This document shows positions 35,902 to 45,379 of a stretch of DNA of 64,000 bases, piece by piece (within the stretch, counting starts at the first letter, position 1; the number at the start of each line of letters is the position of its first letter). Position numbers and translations under genes: made by a program. Source of the stretch: Gammaproteobacteria bacterium (lineage in GTDB: Bacteria; Pseudomonadota; Gammaproteobacteria; Pseudomonadales; Pseudohongiellaceae); assembly GCA_029245905.1 (NCBI GenBank), contig JAQWOJ010000024.1, positions 6,114 through 70,113 of the forward strand, given 5' to 3'. Below the pieces are notes generated by a model, which was not told the DNA's origin, ran no database searches, and was given only the letters and a program-made list of their open reading frames with translations.

Positions 35902-36996
35902 ATGTTTGAGCTGCCCCGTTTCTTGCGCGCCAATATGTGGCCACCGGTATTAAAAATTGCTACTTTTTTATTTCTAGCAACTGATAGCCAATCGATTGTT
36001 GGGCAGACCCAACCGGATCCTACCCGATACGAATCGCAGATTCTTAAGTTCGAAGAACAAGATTTTTCTTCACCTCCGCCCAGCAACGCAATCTTGCTTG
36101 TCGGCAGCTCCAGTATTCGCTTTTGGAGTAACGCAAGCTCCGAACTTTCACCACTCACCATTATCCAAAGGGGCTTTGGAGGCAGCGTGATGAACGATGT
36201 GGTTTACTACTTTGACCGTATTGTCTCTAAATATAATCCGCGCGCAATCGTTTTATATGAGGGAGATAATGACCTTGCGTATGGTCTTTCTCCATCAACC
36301 ATACTGTCACAGTTTGATACTCTGACAACCATGATAAAAACTGAACTGCCAAACACGAGAATTTATATCCTGTCGGTTAAGCCGAGCATCGCCCGCGCTC
36401 ATCTTTGGCATCTAGCAGTAGAGGTTAATGCGGGATTTTCAGAGCGAGCTACCGGCGACGAAAAGATCAGTCATATACCTATCGCTAAATACCTGAACAG
36501 AACTGACGGAAGCTTTCGCAACGATATTTTTGTGTCTGATCAACTTCACTTAAACAACCTTGGTTATGAGATATGGAGTCAGGTTGTTAGGGCGGCTTTG
36601 TCTGTACATGAAGCGCCTGAAGAGGCCGTCTCCCTTGGAACTGTCTATTATCCAAAAACCGAGGATCTGATTTCTGATTGTGTATATGTCACCACTGATA
36701 CGAAAGATTCAACCTTAGCGATGAGCCTACGATTTAGATTAATTAATTCTAATCTCGTAATTCAAGACTTTAAGGTAAGAGATCGACCCAGCAAGAATTG
36801 TGAAGACCAACTTCGCGTTTTGTTTAATCAAGATGGTTCCGTGGCCTCAGCTCGATACGATACAAGAATGGTTTCTATCCATCAAAATGGCACCCAATAC
36901 CAGCTCAGCGCCAATTATTCGGCCGCCCGTAAGCCGTTGTCAAAAAATAACAACGCTTTTCTATTCGATCGAATCAATTTTTCGGCAATAAAATAA
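35902..36996 (+). CDS. Secreted SGNH/GDSL-type hydrolase with an extra C-terminal domain of unknown function
   Basis: 364 aa; an alternative start lies at 35935. The SGNH blocks are GSSSI, GFGGS, YEGDND and DQLHLN. The last roughly 130 aa have no recognisable motif. Confidence 0.7.
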   Translation: MFELPRFLRANMWPPVLKIATFLFLATDSQSIVGQTQPDPTRYESQILKFEEQDFSSPPPSNAILLVGSSSIRFWSNASSELSPLTIIQRGFGGSVMNDVVYYFDRIVSKYNPRAIVLYEGDNDLAYGLSPSTILSQFDTLTTMIKTELPNTRIYILSVKPSIARAHLWHLAVEVNAGFSERATGDEKISHIPIAKYLNRTDGSFRNDIFVSDQLHLNNLGYEIWSQVVRAALSVHEAPEEAVSLGTVYYPKTEDLISDCVYVTTDTKDSTLAMSLRFRLINSNLVIQDFKVRDRPSKNCEDQLRVLFNQDGSVASARYDTRMVSIHQNGTQYQLSANYSAARKPLSKNNNAFLFDRINFSAIK

Positions 36997-37135
36997 CCCA
37001 GCCCGCCTAAATCTTTGGTTTCCAGGCGCTCATGAATGTCCTTGACAGCCCACCAAAGGCAGTTTATTTTGATTCGCTAAGTAGGCCAAACGCGGTAACT
37101 AGCCTGCTCAAAGATCTTAACTTAGCTATAAATAT

Positions 37136-39559
37136 ATGCCTGGAGGGTACATGAGAAAATCAGGCCTTTTTGCCGCGTCAGTCTTAAGCATCTCCCTTTT
37201 TGTTGCCGCCATCGTTGCAATCTCTGCTAATGCGCCCTCTAGTGACCTCAGTGAAGAGCAAAACACGCTAGCGACGACCCAAAATAATGCCGCAATTGTT
37301 GACCAATACTGTGTCGTCTGCCATAACCAAGCACTCAAAACTGGCGGACTTGAACTCGACGCCTATGACGTAAACAACGTAGCGGAGCACCCCGAAATAT
37401 GGGAGAAAGTTCTACGTAAACTGCGAGCTAATGCAATGCCGCCTACTGGCATGCCTAGACCAGATGAAAAGAGATTTGCTCAGTTTGAATCTGACATAGC
37501 AGAAGACTTAAACGCAGCCGCTCTTAAAAATCCAAACCCAGGGCGGACATTAACATTCAGTCGCATTAATCGAACCCAATATCAAAATGCCATCCGCGAC
37601 ATACTTGATCTCGATATAGACGTTTCGGAACTATTGCCTAAAGACGATGCGAGCTTTGGTTTTGACAATGTCAACTTAACCAATCTTTCTCCCACTCTAA
37701 TGGAGCGTTATCTAGCTGCCGCACAAAAAATCAGTCAACTAGCCATAGGCAGTCAGCTTAATAACCCGGCTACACACGTTGAACAAATTACTGCAAGCCT
37801 GACCCAGGAAGATCGACTCGAAGGTTTACCATTTGGCACTAGAGGTGGCGCCTCGTTCACCTATCAGTTCCCCCGCGACGGCGAGTATCGACTCGACGTG
37901 GTGCTAGCGAAAGATCGAAACGAGAATATTGAAGGCCTGACAGAAACTCACGAGATGGAGGTCGCTATAGATGGTGAGCGGGTTGAAGTCTTCGAAATTA
38001 CTCCAAATCGTTCGGAACGATTTGCAACTTTTTATTATTCTGATCAGGGGGCAGGCACAGGGTTGATCACAAATATCTCAGTACCCGCTGGCCCTCATGA
38101 AGTAACAGTCACTTTTTTACGAAAAAACTCCGCGTTAATAGAAAGCACGCGGCAGCCTTACATAGCGCACTTTAACCGCGATCGGACTCCAAGGCAGCAA
38201 CCGGCCGTGCTTTCTGTTTCTATAGCCGGTCCATTTGGGTCTGATGGAATTTCAAAAACCCCGAGCCGAGATCGCATATTTATCTGCGAGCCTAACGAGT
38301 CGATAGGCGCCGAGGCCTGCGCCAATTCTATTTTGTCCTCGCTAGCACGAAGAGCTTTCCGAAGACCGGTGAGTGATGAGGATTTAACTAGACCGCTCAC
38401 TTTTTTCAATCAAGTGTATAGCAAATCGGGTTTTGAGGCAGGAATTGAGATGGCAATACGGGCGATTTTAGTTAGCCCAGAATTCCTCTTTCGCATCGAG
38501 CAGGACCCACCAGATTTTGCGTCAGGGTCTGTTTACGCTCTAAACGATATAGAACTAGCTTCTCGCCTATCTTCCTTCTTGTGGAGCACGGTTCCTGACG
38601 ATGAATTGATGAATCTCGCGATTAATGAAAAACTTAGTGATTCTGACGTCCTAGGGGAACAAGTTGAACGAATGCTGGCAAGCCCAAAAGCAAAGTCGTT
38701 AGCTACAGACTTTGCAAACCAGTGGTTATATTTGCGCAATTTAGACGGCGCCGAGCCCAACTCAAGACTATTCCCAAATTTCGATGATAATCTTCGACAG
38801 TCCATGCGCCAAGAAACCGAACTACTTTTTAGTAATATAATTTCTGAAGATCGCAACGTTCTGGAGTTATTAAGCGCTGATTACACCTTCCTGAACGAGC
38901 GGTTAGCGAAACACTATAATATCCCTCATGTCTATGGAGATCACTTTCGCAAAGTAACTCTTCCAGAAGATAGCCCCCGCTCGGGCCTGTTAGGGCACGG
39001 CAGTATCCTTACCGTTACATCCTATGCCAATCGAACATCGCCCGTAATGCGCGGCAAATGGGTGCTAGATAATATCCTTGGAATTCCACCACCCCCGCCA
39101 CCGGACGATGTGCCGGCATTGCCTGAAAATCAATCCGAAGTTAAGATTTTAACCATGCGAGAAAGGATGGCGAAGCATCGCGCAAATCCGGCTTGCGCTC
39201 AATGTCATGAGATCATGGACCCTATAGGATTAGTATTCGAGAATTTCAATGCGATTGGCCAGATACGCACAGTTAACAGTGATCAGCCCACTATCGACAC
39301 CAAGGGTAACTTGCCTGGCGGCGAGCCATTATATGGTGTGAGTGGCTTGCGCAAGGATTTACTAAACAACCCCGATGCTTTTGTCGGCACGATGAGCGAA
39401 AAGCTGATGACGTATGCGCTTGGTCGTGGCTTGGAGTATTATGACGCACCTGCCATACGCCAGGTGGTCAAGCAGGCAGCTACTCAAGAATTTAGATTTA
39501 GCTCATTAGTAACCGCCATAGTCAACAGTACTCCCTTTCAGATGAGGAGAACATTATGA
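37136..39559 (+). CDS. Large secreted multi-domain protein of the DUF1587/DUF1592/DUF1595/DUF1588/DUF1585 type with two CxxCH motifs
   Basis: 807 aa with a signal or anchor. It has CVVCHN near the N-terminus and CAQCHEIMDPIG near the C-terminus. The internal segments (FLWSTVPDDEL, FANQWLYLRNL, SPVMRGKWVLDNILG) are typical of this planctomycete-type family. Confidence 0.75.
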   Translation: MPGGYMRKSGLFAASVLSISLFVAAIVAISANAPSSDLSEEQNTLATTQNNAAIVDQYCVVCHNQALKTGGLELDAYDVNNVAEHPEIWEKVLRKLRANAMPPTGMPRPDEKRFAQFESDIAEDLNAAALKNPNPGRTLTFSRINRTQYQNAIRDILDLDIDVSELLPKDDASFGFDNVNLTNLSPTLMERYLAAAQKISQLAIGSQLNNPATHVEQITASLTQEDRLEGLPFGTRGGASFTYQFPRDGEYRLDVVLAKDRNENIEGLTETHEMEVAIDGERVEVFEITPNRSERFATFYYSDQGAGTGLITNISVPAGPHEVTVTFLRKNSALIESTRQPYIAHFNRDRTPRQQPAVLSVSIAGPFGSDGISKTPSRDRIFICEPNESIGAEACANSILSSLARRAFRRPVSDEDLTRPLTFFNQVYSKSGFEAGIEMAIRAILVSPEFLFRIEQDPPDFASGSVYALNDIELASRLSSFLWSTVPDDELMNLAINEKLSDSDVLGEQVERMLASPKAKSLATDFANQWLYLRNLDGAEPNSRLFPNFDDNLRQSMRQETELLFSNIISEDRNVLELLSADYTFLNERLAKHYNIPHVYGDHFRKVTLPEDSPRSGLLGHGSILTVTSYANRTSPVMRGKWVLDNILGIPPPPPPDDVPALPENQSEVKILTMRERMAKHRANPACAQCHEIMDPIGLVFENFNAIGQIRTVNSDQPTIDTKGNLPGGEPLYGVSGLRKDLLNNPDAFVGTMSEKLMTYALGRGLEYYDAPAIRQVVKQAATQEFRFSSLVTAIVNSTPFQMRRTL

Positions 39560-40896
39560 TAATTACAAAGAAAGCGCTACCTCGCCGCAGCTTTTTGAGA
39601 GGGCTCGGCGCCGCGGTCGCTATGCCAATGTTAGACGCTATGGTGCCAGCTCTAGCTCAATCAGGTGCTGACTCGCAACCAACCCGTCGACTTGGTTACT
39701 TCTATATTCCCATGGGAATGAATCCAACCCCTTGGGTACCTGATTCAGTTGGCAACATGATTGAGCTATCACCATCTTTATCGTCGCTTGCCCCATTTCT
39801 AGAATCACTTAATGTAATATCTAATCTAGAAATCCGTAACGCTTATACAACCGGCAATCATGCTTCTTCCAATTGCGCTTTCTTAAGCTGCGCTAAAGCT
39901 TTGCGAACGGAAGGAAGCGACTACTATCTTGGAACGACTGTAGACCAAATTGCCGCACAAGCGATCGGTGGAGGCACACCAATTCCTTCACTTGAGCTAG
40001 GTGCAGATTTAATTTCTTTGGTAGGTAATTGTGATAATGGCTACGCGTGCGTTTACCAAAATAGTCTATCTTGGTCATCGGCTACATCCCCATTGCCCAT
40101 AGAAGGCGATCCGCGAATATTATTTGAGCGCTTATTTGGAGATGGCGGGACGCCCGAACAACGCAAGGCAGAATTAGATAAAAATGCTAGTCTTCTCGAT
40201 TGGGTGATGGACGATATCGAACGCTATCAAAACAAATTAGGCCCTGCCGATATGGTTAAAGTCGACGAATATCTAACCACCGTGCGCGAAGTGGAACGCC
40301 GGGTACAGCTTGCCCAAAAACAAACCGACTCCTCACCTCTGCCCGAGCTTTCCCGTCCTACCAGTGTTCCCGAAGACTGGGAAGATCATGTTAAACTTAT
40401 GATCGATCTTCAAACCTTAGCGTTACAAGCGGACTTAACTCGAGTCGTCTCATTTCAACTAGCCAGAGAGGCAAGCACTAGAAGTTATCCACAAATCGGG
40501 GTCAACGAGCCTCATCATCCTGTCTCCCACCATGCCAATGACCCCGTTCAATTAGAGAAATTGGCCAAAATAAATAAGTATCATGTCTCATTTTTTGCGT
40601 ACCTCTTAGAGAAACTTGATTCAGTAGAGGAAGGTAACGGCACACTGCTTGACAACACAACCTATTTGATGGGAAGCGGTATGGGAAACCCTGATGTTCA
40701 CAATCATTCAAATTTGCCTATCGTAGTAGCCAGCGGTAAAAATACCGGTATTTATGGTGGCCGGCACCTAAGCTTCAAAGAGCAACAACCATTAGCCAAT
40801 TTACATCTTAGTTTATTGGACAGCATGGGCGTTCACCTTGAGAATTTTGCGGATAATTCTGGCAGAATGGATGAGTTGTTCCATCGAACTGCTTAA
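39556..40896 (+). CDS. Tat-exported DUF1552-family protein
   Basis: 446 aa. Its start overlaps the upstream stop (ATGA). It has the twin-arginine signal PRRSFLRGLGAAVAM and His-rich segments (HHPVSHHAND, NPDVHNHSNLP). Confidence 0.75.
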   Translation: MIITKKALPRRSFLRGLGAAVAMPMLDAMVPALAQSGADSQPTRRLGYFYIPMGMNPTPWVPDSVGNMIELSPSLSSLAPFLESLNVISNLEIRNAYTTGNHASSNCAFLSCAKALRTEGSDYYLGTTVDQIAAQAIGGGTPIPSLELGADLISLVGNCDNGYACVYQNSLSWSSATSPLPIEGDPRILFERLFGDGGTPEQRKAELDKNASLLDWVMDDIERYQNKLGPADMVKVDEYLTTVREVERRVQLAQKQTDSSPLPELSRPTSVPEDWEDHVKLMIDLQTLALQADLTRVVSFQLAREASTRSYPQIGVNEPHHPVSHHANDPVQLEKLAKINKYHVSFFAYLLEKLDSVEEGNGTLLDNTTYLMGSGMGNPDVHNHSNLPIVVASGKNTGIYGGRHLSFKEQQPLANLHLSLLDSMGVHLENFADNSGRMDELFHRTA

Positions 40897-40960
40897 TAAT
40901 TTGTCTAAAGAAATTATGATACAAGCACACTTAAAACCAATTAAAAACAAACGGGTCAAA

Positions 40961-42484
40961 ATGACTCAATTAGGAACTACTATGAAGTTTGTTGAGGCAT
41001 CTGACCGTGCAGATACAATAAATAGAATAAGTAGACTGGTATTAGTATCTCTTTGTTTTGCGCTATCAGCTATTGCAAATGCCGAAGAAAATATAAGTCT
41101 GATCGACGCAGTCAAAATGCAAGACTTAAACAATGTTCGTTTAATAGTTGATCAGGGTGTGAATGTAAATCAAGAAGAAGCAGACGGAACCCGAGCTCTG
41201 CATTGGGCTGTGCACCATGATAATGTCAATATCACAAAGCAATTGATCGCAGCAGGCGCGAACGTAAATGCAAAGAATCGTTATGAAGTTGCGGCCCTCT
41301 CTTTGGCCGCAAATAACGGTAATAAGGACACGGTCAGCCTTTTGCTTGATTCAGGCGCCGATGTCCATACCACCATGAGCGAAGGTGAATTCGTTATACT
41401 TACCGCGGCGCGAACCGGTGTCGCAGAGGTAGTGGAGCTCCTACTTGATAGAGGGGCCGAGGTTAACGCGACGGAAAGCTGGCGCGGCCAGACGCCACTG
41501 ATGTGGGCGGCTGCAGAAAACAATTTAGCAGTGGTAAATTTATTGTTATCGCGGGGCGCGAACCTAGAAGCTCGGTCCGGCAAAGGGTTTACTGCGCTTT
41601 TATTTGCTGCTCGTGAAGGTCATACAAGAATAGTGGATACGCTGCTAAACCATGGGGCTGATATTACTGAATCATTGCCAGCGCGAGCAGGAATAATTAC
41701 AGAAAACGGAACGGGAACCGCGACTCAAACGGGATTGAACGCCCTACTTTTAGCAACTGGCAGCGCCCACTTCGAAACAGCCAGCCTGCTCCTCGATGCA
41801 GGTGCTGACCCGAACCATAGCCCATTAGGCTGGACTACACTTCATCAGATATCGTGGGTGCGTAAAATGGGGCAATCAGGAAGCAATAATCCAACCCCGG
41901 AGGGATCTGGTGAATTAGGTAGTTTGGATTTCGTTCGAGAGCTAGTCGAGCACGGCGCTAATTTAAACGCATTAGTTAGTGGCCGGCCCCCGGTAGGAGT
42001 AAGCAGCTTAAACATGGAAGGAAGCACGCCGTTTTTACTGGCGTCCAGAAGCGCCGACATCGAACTATTGCGCTTATTAGTTGACCTTGGAGCCGATCCT
42101 GAAGTTCCGAACATCGATAATAGCACTCCTTTAATGGTAGCAGCGGGCCTCGGTACTGAATCCCCGGGAGAGGACCCTGGAACAGAGAGCGAGGTACTAG
42201 AGTCAGTGGAATACATACTCAGTTTAGGCGGTGACATCAATGCCGTTGATGATCGGGGTAACACTGCCATGCATGGCGCCGCATACAAACACTTGCCTTC
42301 TGTGGTAAATTACTTAAATGAGCAAGGTGCTGAGATTTCGATTTGGGATCAAGAAAACGAATTTGGCCACACCCCTTTGCTTATAGCAGAAGGAATTCAT
42401 CGCGGCATGAATATTGTAAGCTCAAAAATTACCGAACAAGCAATACGGGAAATACTCGATCGCTTCCCTCTTCCAAAAAAATAA
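40961..42484 (+). CDS. Secreted ankyrin-repeat protein
   Basis: ORF 40838-42484. The realistic starts are the ATGs at 40916, 40961 or 40982, all after the upstream stop at 40896. It has a signal peptide (LVLVSLCFALSAIANA) and about 10 or more ankyrin repeats (GTRALHWAVHHDNVNITKQLIAAGANVNAKN, TPLMWAAAENNLAVVNLLLSRGANLEAR and others). Confidence 0.85.
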   Translation: MTQLGTTMKFVEASDRADTINRISRLVLVSLCFALSAIANAEENISLIDAVKMQDLNNVRLIVDQGVNVNQEEADGTRALHWAVHHDNVNITKQLIAAGANVNAKNRYEVAALSLAANNGNKDTVSLLLDSGADVHTTMSEGEFVILTAARTGVAEVVELLLDRGAEVNATESWRGQTPLMWAAAENNLAVVNLLLSRGANLEARSGKGFTALLFAAREGHTRIVDTLLNHGADITESLPARAGIITENGTGTATQTGLNALLLATGSAHFETASLLLDAGADPNHSPLGWTTLHQISWVRKMGQSGSNNPTPEGSGELGSLDFVRELVEHGANLNALVSGRPPVGVSSLNMEGSTPFLLASRSADIELLRLLVDLGADPEVPNIDNSTPLMVAAGLGTESPGEDPGTESEVLESVEYILSLGGDINAVDDRGNTAMHGAAYKHLPSVVNYLNEQGAEISIWDQENEFGHTPLLIAEGIHRGMNIVSSKITEQAIREILDRFPLPKK

Positions 42485-42591
42485 CATCGGAAGATTTGCT
42501 AAACGAATGCAGGGCTAACATAAAACTTAAATCGCATACAAGATTTAATATATCGCGCTAATATTAACAACCCAAGTTTAGGAAAAAAATA

Positions 42592-43836
42592 ATGCCTGTT
42601 AATCATTTCAAGGTAAGTGCTATTCGCTTTGTTTTTATAACATTATTCGGCTTGCTTAACTTTTACAGTTTCGCAGAAATCGAACAAGCCCGGTTAGATG
42701 CAATTGAAAAAGATCTCCAAACTCGCATCGATGAGGAGAAATTATCAGGTGCCGTGATAATGATCGCTCAAAATGGCGAAATACAAACGACAAAGGCACT
42801 CGGATATCAAAACGTCGAGGATCAAATTCCCATGCAAGATGACACGATATTCCGTATTTTCTCGATGACCAAGCCTGTCACTGGAACTGCGCTGATGACT
42901 TTGTATGATGAGGGCAGATTTTCACTTGACGACCCTATTGAGAAGCACATGCCGGAACTGACTGGCTTACGTGTCGCAATTTCTGCTAATAATGATGGAA
43001 CCTGGGAGACAGAACCGGCTAATCATCCGATGACTATAAGGGAGTTAATGAGCCATACTGGAGGGCTCCTCTACTTCCCCCCGTTAGGCAATGGAGCAAT
43101 TGCTGAAGCCTATGTCGAGGCTGGGATCGGCGGAAATGCTACTCTAGCAGACAGCATGCCTCAACTAAAAGATATTCCCTTGGACTATCAACCAGGAACG
43201 AAATGGGTCTATAGTATTTCAGTCGATGTTCAGGGTTATTTGATTGAGAGACTGTCGGGGCAGAAACTTGATGAATTTTTCAAGGAAAGAATTTTTGATC
43301 CTTTAGGCATGTCTGACACAGCTTTTTTTGTTTCGTCAGACAAGCTGAACCGTTTTTCTCGGATGTACACGCCTGCGAATGGAACCCTTCTCCGAACCGA
43401 TAATTTAACTTCAGGTCTAGGAGGTTCGTTTACAGAAAAACCGATGTTTCTTGCAGGAGGCCACGGCCTAACTTCTACTGCCTCGGATTATATGAAATTC
43501 GCGCAAATGCATCTTAATCAAGGCACGTTAAATGGCAAACGCATCCTCTCTGAAGCTGCGGTTACTTTGATGCGAAGCAACCAGTTACCAGCGGGTGTGT
43601 CGGAAATAGGACAACCCTATCCCGGCAATGTTTTTGGTCTAGACTTTGCCATTGTAGAAAATCCCGACATCTTTCAAGGAGCTCCAGCTGGAACTCACTG
43701 GTGGTGGGGTATAGCAGGGTCTTGGTTTTGGGTAGATCCTATTAACGAGACTGTCTTTATTGGCATGATACAGAACAACGATATCCTTCTTTCACTGCAA
43801 ATTCATCGTGCAGCGCGCTCTGCTATGTACGAATAA
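42592..43836 (+). CDS. Secreted serine hydrolase of the beta-lactamase/PBP4* (class C-like) family
   Basis: 414 aa with a signal peptide. It has the SxxK motif in FSMTKPVTG, a YSI segment and a GGHGL region. Confidence 0.8.
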   Translation: MPVNHFKVSAIRFVFITLFGLLNFYSFAEIEQARLDAIEKDLQTRIDEEKLSGAVIMIAQNGEIQTTKALGYQNVEDQIPMQDDTIFRIFSMTKPVTGTALMTLYDEGRFSLDDPIEKHMPELTGLRVAISANNDGTWETEPANHPMTIRELMSHTGGLLYFPPLGNGAIAEAYVEAGIGGNATLADSMPQLKDIPLDYQPGTKWVYSISVDVQGYLIERLSGQKLDEFFKERIFDPLGMSDTAFFVSSDKLNRFSRMYTPANGTLLRTDNLTSGLGGSFTEKPMFLAGGHGLTSTASDYMKFAQMHLNQGTLNGKRILSEAAVTLMRSNQLPAGVSEIGQPYPGNVFGLDFAIVENPDIFQGAPAGTHWWWGIAGSWFWVDPINETVFIGMIQNNDILLSLQIHRAARSAMYE

Positions 43837-43858
43837 ATCACGTACTCTAATAATTAAA

Positions 43859-45379
43859 TTATTGAATGGCGCCCTGCAGATATTGCACGGCGTCAGAGAT
43901 AGAGCCTCCATCAACGTCGACAATTTTATTAGCTTCACGCATTTCTTCATCAGAAATATTATCTACAAGAGACTCCATTGTCTGTACAAAGACATCGTTT
44001 TCGGCGGCAGTAGATGATGCGATGATAAACCCATCGTAAGGAAGAAAAGCATTTCTTGGGTCATCTAATATTTTTAAATTGTAAGCTGCAACACGACCGT
44101 CACTTGTATACGCAGCGATAATATCAACTTGTTGATCGTCGACTGCGGTGTACATCAATGCCGGATCGAACGTTAGCTTTTGAGCAAAATCGATATCATA
44201 CATTTCGCGCAACGCAACCCACTCTGGTCGACCAAAGAACTCGAGGTCACCTGCTGCGGTTAAACTTCGCGCTATTGGAACAATATCTTCAATAGTGTCT
44301 ACGCCGAGTTCCTCTGCACGATCTTTCTTCATGGCTAACGCATACAAATTTTGAAAGCCCAAGGTTCCAACTCCAACCATGCCATCTTTATTTTCAATAT
44401 AATTAAAGACTTCCTTCTTTATTAATTCCCTACCTGGGTTTCCAGACTCATTCATTCGGTTAGCCCAGACGGTACCAGTATACTCTAAGTATACGTCAAC
44501 AGCGCCATTGGCAGTCGCTGAATAAATTACCTCTGAGCCGAGGCCTAGTCGCTGATCAACCTCGAATCCTGCATTTTCCAACTCTGCCGCAAATAAGCCG
44601 GCAATAATATGTTGCTCCGTAAAACCTTTACTTCCTATTATGAAGTCTGTCTTAGCGGCAGGCAAAAAGCTGTATATCGAGAAACTGATGAAAGCCATAG
44701 AAGCGACAGTCACCGCCGTTTTAATTTGATTATATTTTTTAATATCACCTGGCTGGTTTCGGTTCTCAACAAGCCATTGGACACTGGCAATAAGAGAATC
44801 TAGGAGTATCGCCATTAACGCCGCCGCCAGGGAGCCAACGGTTACCGCAACTAAATTTCGTATTTGTAGCCCGGTGAATATATAGTTGCCGAAACTTGTC
44901 GCGCCAACAAGTGTTGATAACGTTGCAAGTCCTACCGTCCACACAGCAGCTATTCTGATGCCGGCTATAATTACAGGCAATGCTAATGGTAATCGTACCC
45001 TCATGAGAATTTGAGATGAACTCATACCAATTCCCTTAGCTGCCTCAACAACCTCAGTGGGAACTGTTTCTAATCCTGTTACTGTGTTGCGGACAATTGG
45101 AAGCATGGAGTAGAGGACCAAAGCGATTACCGCAGGTACCATTCCGATCTGGCCTCCAAGCATCGCCACAACCAACGCAAGAATTGCTACGCTTGGAAAG
45201 GTCTGAATAATGCTCACTAACACAAGTAACGGTCTTTTTACCCTTGGGGATTGCGCTGCCCATATCCCTAGAGGGAGGCTAGTTATTATGCCAAGAGAAA
45301 GCGCAATCATCGTTAGAATTAAGTGGCCTTGAAAATAGTCTGGCAATAACAACAACTGCTCCCGCAAATTCTCGCTCAT
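43859..45379 (-). CDS. ABC importer fused permease and substrate-binding protein (glycine betaine/choline/carnitine OpuC/ProWX type)
   Basis: 506 aa. The N-terminal permease has an EAA-type loop region (EAAKGIGMSSSQILMRVRLPLA), followed by an extra TM helix and an OpuAC-like binding domain (IGSKGFTEQHIIAGLFA...YLEYTGT). Confidence 0.85.
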   Translation of the reverse strand: MSENLREQLLLLPDYFQGHLILTMIALSLGIITSLPLGIWAAQSPRVKRPLLVLVSIIQTFPSVAILALVVAMLGGQIGMVPAVIALVLYSMLPIVRNTVTGLETVPTEVVEAAKGIGMSSSQILMRVRLPLALPVIIAGIRIAAVWTVGLATLSTLVGATSFGNYIFTGLQIRNLVAVTVGSLAAALMAILLDSLIASVQWLVENRNQPGDIKKYNQIKTAVTVASMAFISFSIYSFLPAAKTDFIIGSKGFTEQHIIAGLFAAELENAGFEVDQRLGLGSEVIYSATANGAVDVYLEYTGTVWANRMNESGNPGRELIKKEVFNYIENKDGMVGVGTLGFQNLYALAMKKDRAEELGVDTIEDIVPIARSLTAAGDLEFFGRPEWVALREMYDIDFAQKLTFDPALMYTAVDDQQVDIIAAYTSDGRVAAYNLKILDDPRNAFLPYDGFIIASSTAAENDVFVQTMESLVDNISDEEMREANKIVDVDGGSISDAVQYLQGAIQ

